Positions 28,149 through 37,897 of a DNA stretch of 64,000 nucleotides are shown piece after piece. Both the position numbers and the translations under genes were made by a program. The DNA lies in NCBI GenBank assembly GCA_021817125.1, contig JAKAWC010000001.1:12327-76326 (forward strand), read 5' to 3'. How positions within the stretch are numbered: position 1 is the stretch's first letter; the number at the start of each line of letters is the position of its first letter. The notes under the pieces are model-generated. The model was given only the letters and a program-made list of their open reading frames with translations, searched no databases and was not told the origin of the DNA. This DNA comes from Candidatus Micrarchaeota archaeon (lineage in GTDB: Archaea > Micrarchaeota > Micrarchaeia > Micrarchaeales > CABMGC01).

Positions 28149-29363
28149 ATGATGATAAGCAGGGTAACCTTATTGGGTCATAAAGACCATGGAAAGTCTA
28201 CGCTTATCGGGAGCCTTCTTATTTCTACAGGATCCGTGACTCAAGAAAGACTTAACGATGCGAAAAAGATAAGCCAGCAGCTCGGCAGGCAGTTCGAACC
28301 TGCGTATATACTCGACAGCTTCTCCGAGGAGCGCGAGGGAGAAATGACCATAGACATAACCCGCGCCCAGATAAAGTACAAGGAGCACGCGTTCGAGTTC
28401 ATCGACGTGCCTGGGCACGAGGAGCTTATCAAGAACATGATGAGCGGTGCATCTTACGCGGACTTTGCACTCCTGCTCGTCTCCGCAAAGCCTGACGAGG
28501 GGATTCGAGATCAGACAAAACGTCACTTGTTCCTGGCCAAGATGATGGGAATAAGAAGGATTGTTATAGCCGTGAACAAGATGGACACCGTTGACTACAG
28601 TGAGGCAAGGTTCAAGGAGATAAGGAAGGAGCTTGTCGCGTTCCTCACCAAGATAGGTTTTCAGAAGAAGAACCTCGCCCTCGTCCCGATATCCGCATAC
28701 AACGCACAGAACCTCATAAAGCTCGAGGAGAAGATGCCTTGGTACAGGGGAGAGCCTCTGCTCGACGAGATCGTCTCGCTCAGTACGAAGAGGAGGGCAG
28801 ACAAGAAGGGGGCGCTGCGTGTAATACTTCAGGGCGCGCTCGAAGGTACAGACATGCTCTCAGGAAAGGTCATACGCGGGACGCTCAGCGCTGGAGAGGG
28901 CATTTTATTGCCTCCGCGGGAGAGCAGATACACGATAAAAGAAGTGGTTGTTAAGGGCAGACACAGGAAGAGGGCAACGGCTGGAGAGAATCTCGCACTG
29001 ACCCTGGCAGAACCGATTGATTTCGAGCCGAGAGGGCAGGTAATCTGCGGGTTGGGGGATGACCTAAAGGCAACGAATAGAGTCAACGCGATCCTCTTTG
29101 CGACCAAGAAGCTTGGCGAAGGCACAAAGATAAAGTTCAACGGCAGCGAGATATCATGCAGCGTAAAAGTGGATAACATCATCGACATAACGAGCGGAGA
29201 TACCAGGCAGGGAAGCGAGATAGAGCCCCTTGGCGCCGGCAACGTAACGCTCGATCTGTCAAAAGTGATAGTCGCAGAACCGTTCGACAAGCTCCAGGAG
29301 ATGGGGCGCTTCGTGATCTACGACAACGGCGGCTTCGCAGGGATAGGGATAATCACTTCCTAG
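28149..29363 (+). CDS. cysN: sulfate adenylyltransferase subunit 1 (GTPase)
   Basis: GHKDHGKSTL, EREGEMTID, DVPGHE, QTKRH, NKMD, PISA; downstream of cysD; no fused APS kinase. Confidence 0.85.
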   Translation: MMISRVTLLGHKDHGKSTLIGSLLISTGSVTQERLNDAKKISQQLGRQFEPAYILDSFSEEREGEMTIDITRAQIKYKEHAFEFIDVPGHEELIKNMMSGASYADFALLLVSAKPDEGIRDQTKRHLFLAKMMGIRRIVIAVNKMDTVDYSEARFKEIRKELVAFLTKIGFQKKNLALVPISAYNAQNLIKLEEKMPWYRGEPLLDEIVSLSTKRRADKKGALRVILQGALEGTDMLSGKVIRGTLSAGEGILLPPRESRYTIKEVVVKGRHRKRATAGENLALTLAEPIDFEPRGQVICGLGDDLKATNRVNAILFATKKLGEGTKIKFNGSEISCSVKVDNIIDITSGDTRQGSEIEPLGAGNVTLDLSKVIVAEPFDKLQEMGRFVIYDNGGFAGIGIITS

Positions 29364-29455
29364 TGGATTACCGGTTTTTATGCGACTTTTCCGTCGTTTT
29401 GGGCAATGTCCATTTCTTAAACAACGTTTTTAAAGCAGGAAAATAGATTAAAAAC

Positions 29456-32400
29456 GTGGCCTTTATAAGAAAGCCGCCAACTTCAGGCGACCCGAGTGTT
29501 GGTCTTAACACACCAGCCCCGAACCATGCCGTTGGAGGCGAGAAGACAACGTATCCGACCGTTCCCATAGAGAAACTGCTAGGTCCCGAAGGAGAAAAGA
29601 TTGCGAAAGCGATAGACCAATACTATTTGGGCCAAGGCAACGAACTAGGAATCCTTGATGTTTACACGAATTCCAGATATAGGATAATCATCGACTTGGG
29701 CGAGGTGAGATATGAGGACTCTTTGGCCTCCATCGTACAGAGAATGCGCCATTCTAAGGATTGCGCCGCTAAAGGGATCACTTCCCTTGGAGCTGCAAAA
29801 GACTTCTTAGCAGCAAAGGCGGGCAGAGCTGTTCCGCCTCACAAAAATAGGAAGTGGGCTGTAAGAACCCATCCGAAAATCACAACCGAAGAGCTGCTCC
29901 AACCCGAACTCGGGCAGAAATTAGTGGATGCCCTTGACCGGGAATATGTGGCTTTGGGACTTGCCGGCGGGCTCTCTGAAGTCAGTGCCAGTGACAAGCG
30001 TAGAGTCATCATTATCGTGGATGGGAAGGCGTACGAGGAGCGAATGCATTTGCTGTCCCTGCGGATATCCAAGTCCGACACATTTAAGGAGATGGGCATT
30101 GAAGGAATCGGCACCGCTAGGGACTGGCTGGCAAAGACCGCTGGCAGAGAGGTTTATGCACAGCTTCAGGTGGATGATATACTCCAAGAGGGGATAGGGC
30201 AAAAGTTCGTGCTTGCGCTCGATGCCGCCTTGGTCGCAGCAGGCGTAGAAAATGGCCTTGCCGGTGCAAATAAGTGGACTAACGACCGGTTGATATTCGA
30301 GGTGAACGGCAAGAAGTATGCAGATACCATCAGTGCCATCATGCAAAGATGCATCCATCATTCTGAGGCATTTAGGGAACGAGGATTGACAACCGGCAGC
30401 AAAGTGCTGGACTTTCTCGCCAGAGCTGCCAACAGAGAGCCTCCCAGAAGGAGGGATACCAGTCGCATAACGAGAACGCATTCCCCCGTTGACGAATCAC
30501 TGCTCTTGGGTGAGACGGGCGAACGGTTGGCCAAACTGATTGATGCCGAATGCGTAAAGAGAGGTTTTACTGAAGGCGTATCACAGGTGTCGGTAACAGA
30601 CAAGGGAAGGATGACATTCGTTCTTGATGGAGTGACAAATGAGGACTCAATCCAGACAATAGTCTCTAGGGCGTGGAGGTTGGAGTCCTTTAGAACTGCC
30701 GGCTACGATTCTCCTAGAAAGATCAGAGATCTCATTGCGAAAAAAGCAGGGAGAACAATCTATCCGACCTTGCCATTGGAAGTATTGCTCCAGGAGGACC
30801 GCGGGAAAAAGCTTGCAAATGCTATAGAGCAGGGGTATATTGCCGCCGGAATAGAAGGGGGCATAAAAGGGGTAAACGCCCACGACCCCACATTGTTTCT
30901 CTTTGAGTTTGAAGGCGTAACATATCAGGACAGCATGAATAGGATGGTCCAGAGGGCGCAAAAATTTGAGTCTTTTAACGCTAAAGGATCTTTGAGGGCC
31001 TCGCAGCTCAGGAGACTTATGATGGAAAAGGTAGGTAAGACAAGTTACGACAAAGTTCCTGCAGAAGTATTCTTGGATCCAGTGCTCTCTCCGCTGTTTA
31101 CCGATGCAATAAATAAAGCGCTGATCGACTCCGGGATTCCAGGCGGCATAGCTGCAACGTCGGTGAGTTATGCCAAGCCCCTGGAATTTAGCATCGGGGA
31201 GAAGCACTATTCCGACAAGTTCAATCTAATAGTGCTAAGAATATATCACTGCCCCGCCTTCTCTCTATTGGGTGTCAACACCTACAAATCTGCAAAGGAG
31301 TTTCTGTTAAAAGTGGCAAAGGGAGAGGCGTTCGTCGAGAATCAACGAGCTGCAGTGGCTGGCATTAATCCTGAAAACGTTCCGAATATCCCAGACCACA
31401 ATCCAAGAGCAAACAGGAGAGTGGGTCTCAATCCCCTCCCAATCGCACTCCTTTTCGGCGAAGAACACGGAGCGGTTGCTATGGCGATAGACGAGGCATG
31501 CGTCAAGGCAGGTTCGCCGGATGGCCTAGACATGAACCTAGATGACAGGAGGCTTCTGACTATAACGTTTAAGGGCATGGTCTATACTGACACGTTCGGT
31601 CTCATCGTGACCCATCTCGCAAAGTCCGGCAGGGAACTGCCTGGAGATGTGAATACATTTGACAAAAGCAGGGCGAAGATGCTCCTGATGGTGCTTGCGA
31701 GCAGAAAACCCAAGAAGACGTTGCCAATCGATAGCCTTTTGGGCGATAAGAGGAAAGATGCCGTCTTGGCCATTGACAAAGCATGTTTAGAGCTAGGGAT
31801 AAAAGATGGAGTTGCAGGAATACTTGCAGAAAACAGAAGGAAGATCAAGATAACTCTCGGCGATGAGACATTTGAGGACAGCACCGCAGGCATAACCGAC
31901 AGAATGAGAGCCAAACCGGAGTTCAGGAAACTCGGAATCACGAGGTTTGCCCATGCTAGAGACTGGTTGATCAAAGAGGCGGGCCGTGATGTATACAGGA
32001 TCCTGACCGTGGACATTCTCTTAGGCAAGGATTGTGAACGATTTGTTAGAGCCGTTGATGATTGTCTGATAGGGTTCGGAATAGAAGGGGGCATTGCAGA
32101 GGCCAGGACCAATGTCCGAAAAACATTCAAATTTGAACTTGACGGAGAGAAGTATTCGGACAATTTTTCTGCCCTACTCCAAAGAATGATTAACTCTGAG
32201 GACTTTCAGAGACTTAACGTCAATAAATTGACTTCTGCGAGGGTCTGGTTGGCAAGTAAGATAGAAAAGGAAGTGATTCTGCCGATGCCATACGAAGAAC
32301 TCCTTGGCGAGAATGCCGGTAAAGTAGCCGAAGCATTTCATGACGCATGTTTGAAGGCAGGCATAACAGGAGGCCTTCAAGGTGCCAGTAGGTCGAGCCA

Positions 32401-34921
32401 GAAGGAGATCATCGTAGAGTTAAGCGGGCAGAAGTTTAGTGATAAGCCCGCATCGATATTGCAAAAGATGAGAAACAACCCTAAATTCATAGCAAAGGGA
32501 GTAACTACAGCAGATGAAGCCCTTACTCTTGTTATCGGGTTGGCGGGGTTGGTGCACCTCTCGACAATACCCGTGGAGCAGCTGCTTGGCCCTCAGGGTG
32601 AGGATCTTGTCCTAGCTTTGAACGATGCCTACGTCAAGCTTGGGCACAGAAGGGGAATCAGAGTTATAGGGCAGCAGGACACAACCCGTGTTTCTTTCAG
32701 TCTGAACGGAGGCCATTATGAAGATAGCATGAACGCTCTTACGAAGAGAATGATAAAATTGCAAGGATTTAGAGAGAAAGGGGTGGTGTCTGATTCTAAA
32801 GCCATGGACTGGCTTGTCGCACTTGCGGGTAGGAAGATGGCCTCTGGCGTCGAGCCTTTTATTAGAGAAAGGAGGATGCCGCTACCAAGACCAGGGAAGC
32901 TTGATGTCTCGGACCTTCTTGGACCGAACGGCAAAGAGTTGGCAATGGCGATAGACAAAGCATTGGTTGACAACGGAATCCAAAAAGGGCTGGCCGGAGC
33001 TAGCACAGATTATCGCGAACCTATCTCGTTTGCATGCGATGGCGCCAAGTATGAAGACCACCTTAGAGATATCATCCGAAGGATCTTATTGCACCCTGCC
33101 TTTAAAAGCCAAGGTATTGATTCCTCCCTAGAGGCCAAGGTCTGGCTCGCGAAAATGGCCGGAAGAGATATCGAAAGGAGAGTCGCCGCTGTTCGCGGGC
33201 AACCTGGCGCGAAGCCGCCGGTTTCACCCCTTGTCAAAGAGATAAGGGATTCTGGCTTCGATTTTGAGAAGGTCGCCGCTCGAGAGCTTTTGAATGATCA
33301 AGATGCGATAAATAAGCTCTTGGCTGCAAGAGAGAGTAAGAACTATTTCACAGCTGAAGAGATAGGTTCAGAGAAGGCAGGAGAACTGCTAGCAGCATTG
33401 ACTTCAAGCAGAAAGTTGTTCAACTTTGGAGCGGTCTACAGTTTCGACCAGAGAAAGATACTATACCTTGTCAGGTTCAATAAGAGAACACGTGCAAAAG
33501 AGGGCAAGCCAAAAGAGCATATAAAACCAAGCTGGAACGGCAATAGGGAGTACTCGTATTCGGATCTGGAGGGAATCGAGTTCGGGGAGTTCAGAGAGCC
33601 CGGCACAAAACGTCGCAGGCGAAGCACGCCAAAGGCAGCGGTCTGGCAGAATCCAGCAGCAGAACGCCAGAAAGTAGAAGTTCCTGCCATAATTAAACTG
33701 GCGCTCAACAGGCCATTGAAGCCGACAGACCTTGAGGCTCTGCAAAAGGCGATGACGGTCCATGCATCAAGGGGAATCTTCAAGGCGCTGGAAGAGGGGA
33801 TAAAGAGCAAAGATGGTAAAGAGATAGAGAGACCTATACAAGGACCTGTTCTTGACGTGGGCTCCGGCCCGAGCACGGCACCAGTCGCAAAGGCCCTTAC
33901 TCTGCCGGTTACCTGTGTGGACCTGAAGAAAGAGAGAGTTGCTGGACTCAAGGAGAACAATCTAGGCTTGAATCACGTTGCTGCAGATGCGAGGTATCTT
34001 CCGTTTAAGACTGGCGCCTTTGGAACTACTACATGGAGCTATCTTCTGGACAGTAATTGGACCAGGGGAGGCGTCCTTCTCATGGCAATGGAGATGACAA
34101 GGGTTGGTAGAGAGTCCGTAATGGAGATGCATAGGTCATATACCGGAGGAGCCAGGGCGCTCGAGTACCTCATGGAGCTGTCCGGGATAGATTACCATGA
34201 TAGAGCACCTTTAGCCAGGTTTAATTGTAGTGTACGGAGCAAGTCTATACTCATAAGGGCGCAGAAGGCGAGAGAACCGTTTATCGATGCAGGAGTATTG
34301 ACAGAAGCAGCAAGGTTCGATGCTGACAAAGAGAAGGTGTATAAGATTGCTGTGGGCGTAGATGCCAACGAGTTAGTAAGGGCATGGCTCCTGATAAATG
34401 CAAACCCGAAGGATTATTTCAGCACGAAGAGAGTGGCGACTGAGAGTATATCAAGAGTCTTTAGTGTCACCAGCGGATCTGCCCTGGCAGATAGGACCAA
34501 GACGTTGGCCTCTTTGATGCTCTCTACTGGAGTGAGTGCAACTGTTCAGCCATTCGTTGTCGCACTTAGAGTCTCGGGAAAAGGGAAGAGGAATGGCAAT
34601 GGGAGCACACTGTTCTCTATCACCAAGTACAAGAGCAAAAGAAGATTTGGCGCATCTTTCATGTTGGATTCAGATGCGAGAACCGGCACTGAGGTCATCA
34701 GGCAGCTCAGAGCATCGCTGAATGCTCTTGGCGCTTCGTTCAGGGTCAAGAAATACAAAAACAGGGGCTGGTACGGCATAAGGGTAGACGACGTTTTAGT
34801 AACGGGACTCGAAGGCAGGGATGAGGAGAGCCTTGCGCGAGACTATGCATTCAGGCGTCTCTTAAGGAAAGCTGAGAAACGCGAGCTGTCAAGCTTCGCA
34901 CAGGCGCAAATGCGGGAATAG
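29456..34921 (+). CDS. 1821-aa protein: 12 tandem ~95-aa repeats + class I SAM-methyltransferase-like domain
   Basis: Uninterrupted 5.4-kb ORF; repeats visible by eye; VLDVGSGP, VTCVDL, AADARYLPF..GAF motifs near 33845-34050. Confidence 0.85.
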   Translation: MAFIRKPPTSGDPSVGLNTPAPNHAVGGEKTTYPTVPIEKLLGPEGEKIAKAIDQYYLGQGNELGILDVYTNSRYRIIIDLGEVRYEDSLASIVQRMRHSKDCAAKGITSLGAAKDFLAAKAGRAVPPHKNRKWAVRTHPKITTEELLQPELGQKLVDALDREYVALGLAGGLSEVSASDKRRVIIIVDGKAYEERMHLLSLRISKSDTFKEMGIEGIGTARDWLAKTAGREVYAQLQVDDILQEGIGQKFVLALDAALVAAGVENGLAGANKWTNDRLIFEVNGKKYADTISAIMQRCIHHSEAFRERGLTTGSKVLDFLARAANREPPRRRDTSRITRTHSPVDESLLLGETGERLAKLIDAECVKRGFTEGVSQVSVTDKGRMTFVLDGVTNEDSIQTIVSRAWRLESFRTAGYDSPRKIRDLIAKKAGRTIYPTLPLEVLLQEDRGKKLANAIEQGYIAAGIEGGIKGVNAHDPTLFLFEFEGVTYQDSMNRMVQRAQKFESFNAKGSLRASQLRRLMMEKVGKTSYDKVPAEVFLDPVLSPLFTDAINKALIDSGIPGGIAATSVSYAKPLEFSIGEKHYSDKFNLIVLRIYHCPAFSLLGVNTYKSAKEFLLKVAKGEAFVENQRAAVAGINPENVPNIPDHNPRANRRVGLNPLPIALLFGEEHGAVAMAIDEACVKAGSPDGLDMNLDDRRLLTITFKGMVYTDTFGLIVTHLAKSGRELPGDVNTFDKSRAKMLLMVLASRKPKKTLPIDSLLGDKRKDAVLAIDKACLELGIKDGVAGILAENRRKIKITLGDETFEDSTAGITDRMRAKPEFRKLGITRFAHARDWLIKEAGRDVYRILTVDILLGKDCERFVRAVDDCLIGFGIEGGIAEARTNVRKTFKFELDGEKYSDNFSALLQRMINSEDFQRLNVNKLTSARVWLASKIEKEVILPMPYEELLGENAGKVAEAFHDACLKAGITGGLQGASRSSQKEIIVELSGQKFSDKPASILQKMRNNPKFIAKGVTTADEALTLVIGLAGLVHLSTIPVEQLLGPQGEDLVLALNDAYVKLGHRRGIRVIGQQDTTRVSFSLNGGHYEDSMNALTKRMIKLQGFREKGVVSDSKAMDWLVALAGRKMASGVEPFIRERRMPLPRPGKLDVSDLLGPNGKELAMAIDKALVDNGIQKGLAGASTDYREPISFACDGAKYEDHLRDIIRRILLHPAFKSQGIDSSLEAKVWLAKMAGRDIERRVAAVRGQPGAKPPVSPLVKEIRDSGFDFEKVAARELLNDQDAINKLLAARESKNYFTAEEIGSEKAGELLAALTSSRKLFNFGAVYSFDQRKILYLVRFNKRTRAKEGKPKEHIKPSWNGNREYSYSDLEGIEFGEFREPGTKRRRRSTPKAAVWQNPAAERQKVEVPAIIKLALNRPLKPTDLEALQKAMTVHASRGIFKALEEGIKSKDGKEIERPIQGPVLDVGSGPSTAPVAKALTLPVTCVDLKKERVAGLKENNLGLNHVAADARYLPFKTGAFGTTTWSYLLDSNWTRGGVLLMAMEMTRVGRESVMEMHRSYTGGARALEYLMELSGIDYHDRAPLARFNCSVRSKSILIRAQKAREPFIDAGVLTEAARFDADKEKVYKIAVGVDANELVRAWLLINANPKDYFSTKRVATESISRVFSVTSGSALADRTKTLASLMLSTGVSATVQPFVVALRVSGKGKRNGNGSTLFSITKYKSKRRFGASFMLDSDARTGTEVIRQLRASLNALGASFRVKKYKNRGWYGIRVDDVLVTGLEGRDEESLARDYAFRRLLRKAEKRELSSFAQAQMRE
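29561..33180 (+). repeat. 12 degenerate protein-level repeats (~285 bp each)
   Basis: Consensus approx. (L/I)PxxxLLGxxGxxxAxAIDxAxxxxGxxxG(L/I)...(F/I)xxxGxxY(E/S)D...RM...FxxxG(I/V)...AxxWLxxxAGR. Confidence 0.85.
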
Positions 34922-34927
34922 AAACTG

Positions 34928-36148
34928 TCACTTCTTAGACAGGACCTTCAGGACAAGGTCCCGGTACTCTCCCAGCATGTTGTCCTCGTCGAACCTCTTT
35001 GCTATCTTGCTGGAGACCTCAGCCGCTCTCTGGTTGTATGACGTGTTCCTTACCGTCTCTTCAAGCGCGGTCGCAAGCGCTTGCACGCTTCCGGTCGAGA
35101 ACGAACGTATCTCCCCTACGCTCTCCTCCTTCAGGTCTTCTATGTACGCTCCGGTCGAGATTACGAGCGGCACCCCGTGCGACGCCGCTTCGAGTACGGT
35201 CCTGCTGAATCCCTCCCACCTTGACGGAAGTACGAATACGTCGGCCAGATCGTAGAACGATGAGAGATCCTCCTCGGATACGCTACCGGTGAATATTATC
35301 CTCCAGTTCCCGTCCGCTTGGGTCTTGTAGTCATTGAGCGACGGCCCGTCGCCAACGAAGACCAGCAGGCCACCGTCTCCCTTTATCCGCTGGAATGCGT
35401 CGATGATGACACTTGCGTTCTTCTGCCTCTCGAACATCCTGCCGGCGTAGAGCACGATGAACTCGCCGTGCTCAAGGCCGTACTTGGCTCTTAGCGCCTC
35501 TTCGCGAGCCGTATCGCGCTTTGGGCGGTTGACCCCTATGTTTATGCGCACCACCTTGTCGGTGTATCCCTTGATTATCCTCTCCTGCGCTAGGTTGAGC
35601 GCGACGTTCATGTCAAAAAAGTTGAAGAACTGCTTCTTCGCGTCGTTGGTGTTCGTGGCGTTTACCCCACAGCCGAGTGTCAGTGGTATCCCCTCTTTTG
35701 AGAAGTAGGTGAATTCGGTGTTGGATATGCACGTGTGGTCGATGTAGATAGTCTTGAACTGCAGTCCGTTCGTTTTGAGGAACCTGAGCACAGGCATGTC
35801 CTGGATGGAGTTCGAGATTATGACATCCGGCTGGACCGCCTTGACCTTTTCCAGAAGCTCACCCCTGCCCACCCCGAGGGCACCCATCCTCCGGATAATC
35901 AGGAGGTTGTACGCCGCCCTGAACAACGACATCTCGCTAAGCTTTGACCTTCGCAGGCTCGGATTTATCGCTCCGGATCTGGGAAGGATTATCGCGTTTT
36001 TTGCGCCCTGCTTCATGTACTCGGTCTCATACCCGAGATAGTACGCGTTTTCAGTCCGCAAGAAGTAATTCTGCAGGGTGGCAGCGAAGCGGGCCTGTCC
36101 GCCTATCACGTTAAGCCGAGAACCCATATCCATGATGAGGATGTTCAC
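34928..36148 (-). CDS. glycosyltransferase family 4
   Basis: IGGQ, LYAGR...QKN, VGDGP, PSRWEGFSRTVLEAAS. Confidence 0.9.
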   Translation of the reverse strand: MNILIMDMGSRLNVIGGQARFAATLQNYFLRTENAYYLGYETEYMKQGAKNAIILPRSGAINPSLRRSKLSEMSLFRAAYNLLIIRRMGALGVGRGELLEKVKAVQPDVIISNSIQDMPVLRFLKTNGLQFKTIYIDHTCISNTEFTYFSKEGIPLTLGCGVNATNTNDAKKQFFNFFDMNVALNLAQERIIKGYTDKVVRINIGVNRPKRDTAREEALRAKYGLEHGEFIVLYAGRMFERQKNASVIIDAFQRIKGDGGLLVFVGDGPSLNDYKTQADGNWRIIFTGSVSEEDLSSFYDLADVFVLPSRWEGFSRTVLEAASHGVPLVISTGAYIEDLKEESVGEIRSFSTGSVQALATALEETVRNTSYNQRAAEVSSKIAKRFDEDNMLGEYRDLVLKVLSKK

Positions 36149-37716
36149 TCCTTCACCATGACCGAACGCTTGCCAGTCTTGCTCTCAAGCCCATAATAGT
36201 CGAGTATCGTCGGGGTTATGTTGAGCACGCTGACGTTGCTGTACGTTACCTTCACGCTTCGGGAATAGAAACCGAATATGCCCATCATCGTGTGGTCGCC
36301 GCTCTTTGGAGCCTCTGGTGCCATAAACGGAGTTGCCTTGGAGTAGTTGAATACGTCTATGGTATATCCCTTCTTCGCGCTTGCGAAGAGGTCGGGCGGG
36401 ATGAACTTCTCGGTGCCTTTGTAGTACGGCTCCGCATCGGTGACTTCGGGGAACATCGTGTCCCCTTCTGCACTCTTTACCGTCTTCAGCTTCGTGATTA
36501 TCTCGGTCTTCAGCACCTTCTTTTCGCTGTCACTCACGATCCCGTTCTTGAATCTCTTGTCGTTTATCCAGAGCGTAGTCACGGGGAAGTTAGATATTGC
36601 GGGAAATGCCCGGGTCTTGGTCATGTCAAAATCGAAAAGGTGAAGTCGTGTGTATGCGCCTGAGCCCCCTTTTGAGAAGAAACTCCCTAGCAGGGAGAAT
36701 ACCGCCTTCTTCACCGTAAACGGGAGCTTGTCGTATACCTTCCTCAGTCTTGACTTGAGCAGCTTCTCCCTAAGCGAGTATGCCGTCGAGGGTTTACCCT
36801 CCTCGTCCTCTGCGTCTGAAGTTATCTCTTCTATGGACTTCTTCAGCACAGCATAGCCGTTGTCTATGAGCCACGAATTTATCAGGAATTTGTTGTATAT
36901 CGGCTGCGCACCGTGGTCAGACACCAGCATGGCGGCCGAGCCCTCCTCGTCTACCCTCTTCAGCACGTACTCGAGGAACTTGTTTATCTCCCGGTAGAGC
37001 GGCAGCAGGTAGCTCTTCATCTCTGGCTTATTTAGGACGAAGTGTTGCAGCCTGTCGGTCTCGGTGAAGCACACGAATATGAAGTCGTACTCCTTGCTCT
37101 CGATCATCTCCCTTGCTATCTGACTCCTGGCAGCTATGCTCTTCACGTATGCCTTGCTCGCGTCTTCCGGCGTCATCTTGCCATCCTTGATGGCCTTCTC
37201 TATGTCCGGTTCGCCCCAGAAGTCGTACTTCTGCATCCTCTGCTCGATATCCTTGCTGTTCGTCTTCGACTTGAGCGGGAACCCGGTCATTAGGTCGATG
37301 TTCTTGTGGCTCGGAGCCTTTATCTCTGTCGCAGGCGTTATGACGAGGCATCTGTATCCGTTGTCTGCCAGCGTCTTCCAGATGGGGGGCACCGCCTCTG
37401 AGTCATAGAACACTATGTCGGGGGTGTAATCCCTGGTCATAATGAAGAAGTCCGGCACCCCGTGCTCTCCGGGAGTAAGTCCGGTGTAGATTGATGGCCA
37501 TGCAGCCCCGGTCATCGGAGGGATCGTTGACTCAAGGTCAGATATTTGCTTCGCATCGAGCATCTTCGCGAACGAGCCCATGCCCTGCTCCCTTGAAAAC
37601 TGCTCCAGTATCCATACTGGGGTCGAGTCCATCCCTATCAGGTAGAACCGTTTCTTCGCTACTGGCTTTGGTTTCGGCAAAAGATGCACCTGCGCTCGAT
37701 TGACGTATATATGCAT
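36145..37716 (-). CDS. alkaline phosphatase superfamily (type I phosphodiesterase/NPP-like) protein
   Basis: LIGMDS, STIPPMTGAAWPSIYTGLTPGEHG, ETDRLQH, VSDHG, GDH, ITPTIL. Confidence 0.88.
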   Translation of the reverse strand: MHIYVNRAQVHLLPKPKPVAKKRFYLIGMDSTPVWILEQFSREQGMGSFAKMLDAKQISDLESTIPPMTGAAWPSIYTGLTPGEHGVPDFFIMTRDYTPDIVFYDSEAVPPIWKTLADNGYRCLVITPATEIKAPSHKNIDLMTGFPLKSKTNSKDIEQRMQKYDFWGEPDIEKAIKDGKMTPEDASKAYVKSIAARSQIAREMIESKEYDFIFVCFTETDRLQHFVLNKPEMKSYLLPLYREINKFLEYVLKRVDEEGSAAMLVSDHGAQPIYNKFLINSWLIDNGYAVLKKSIEEITSDAEDEEGKPSTAYSLREKLLKSRLRKVYDKLPFTVKKAVFSLLGSFFSKGGSGAYTRLHLFDFDMTKTRAFPAISNFPVTTLWINDKRFKNGIVSDSEKKVLKTEIITKLKTVKSAEGDTMFPEVTDAEPYYKGTEKFIPPDLFASAKKGYTIDVFNYSKATPFMAPEAPKSGDHTMMGIFGFYSRSVKVTYSNVSVLNITPTILDYYGLESKTGKRSVMVKE

Positions 37717-37897
37717 AATAATTTAATAACTGCTCTATCAACATCTGTAGTGAAGAGGGGCACAGAAGGAACAGAGAGGAGGGATATTCACGGCTACGAT
37801 AGAGGGCAGAGCAGCCCGTAGTACCAACGGCAGGGATGCCATAGCCCAGCTTATCTCATCTGCTACCGGAGGCTTCGACAGGCTCTGGAGGAAGCAG

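Noticed and set aside
28140..29363. EF-1alpha/EF-Tu or SelB call for the GTPase
   Set aside because: Operon with cysD and divergent C-terminal domains fit CysN better.
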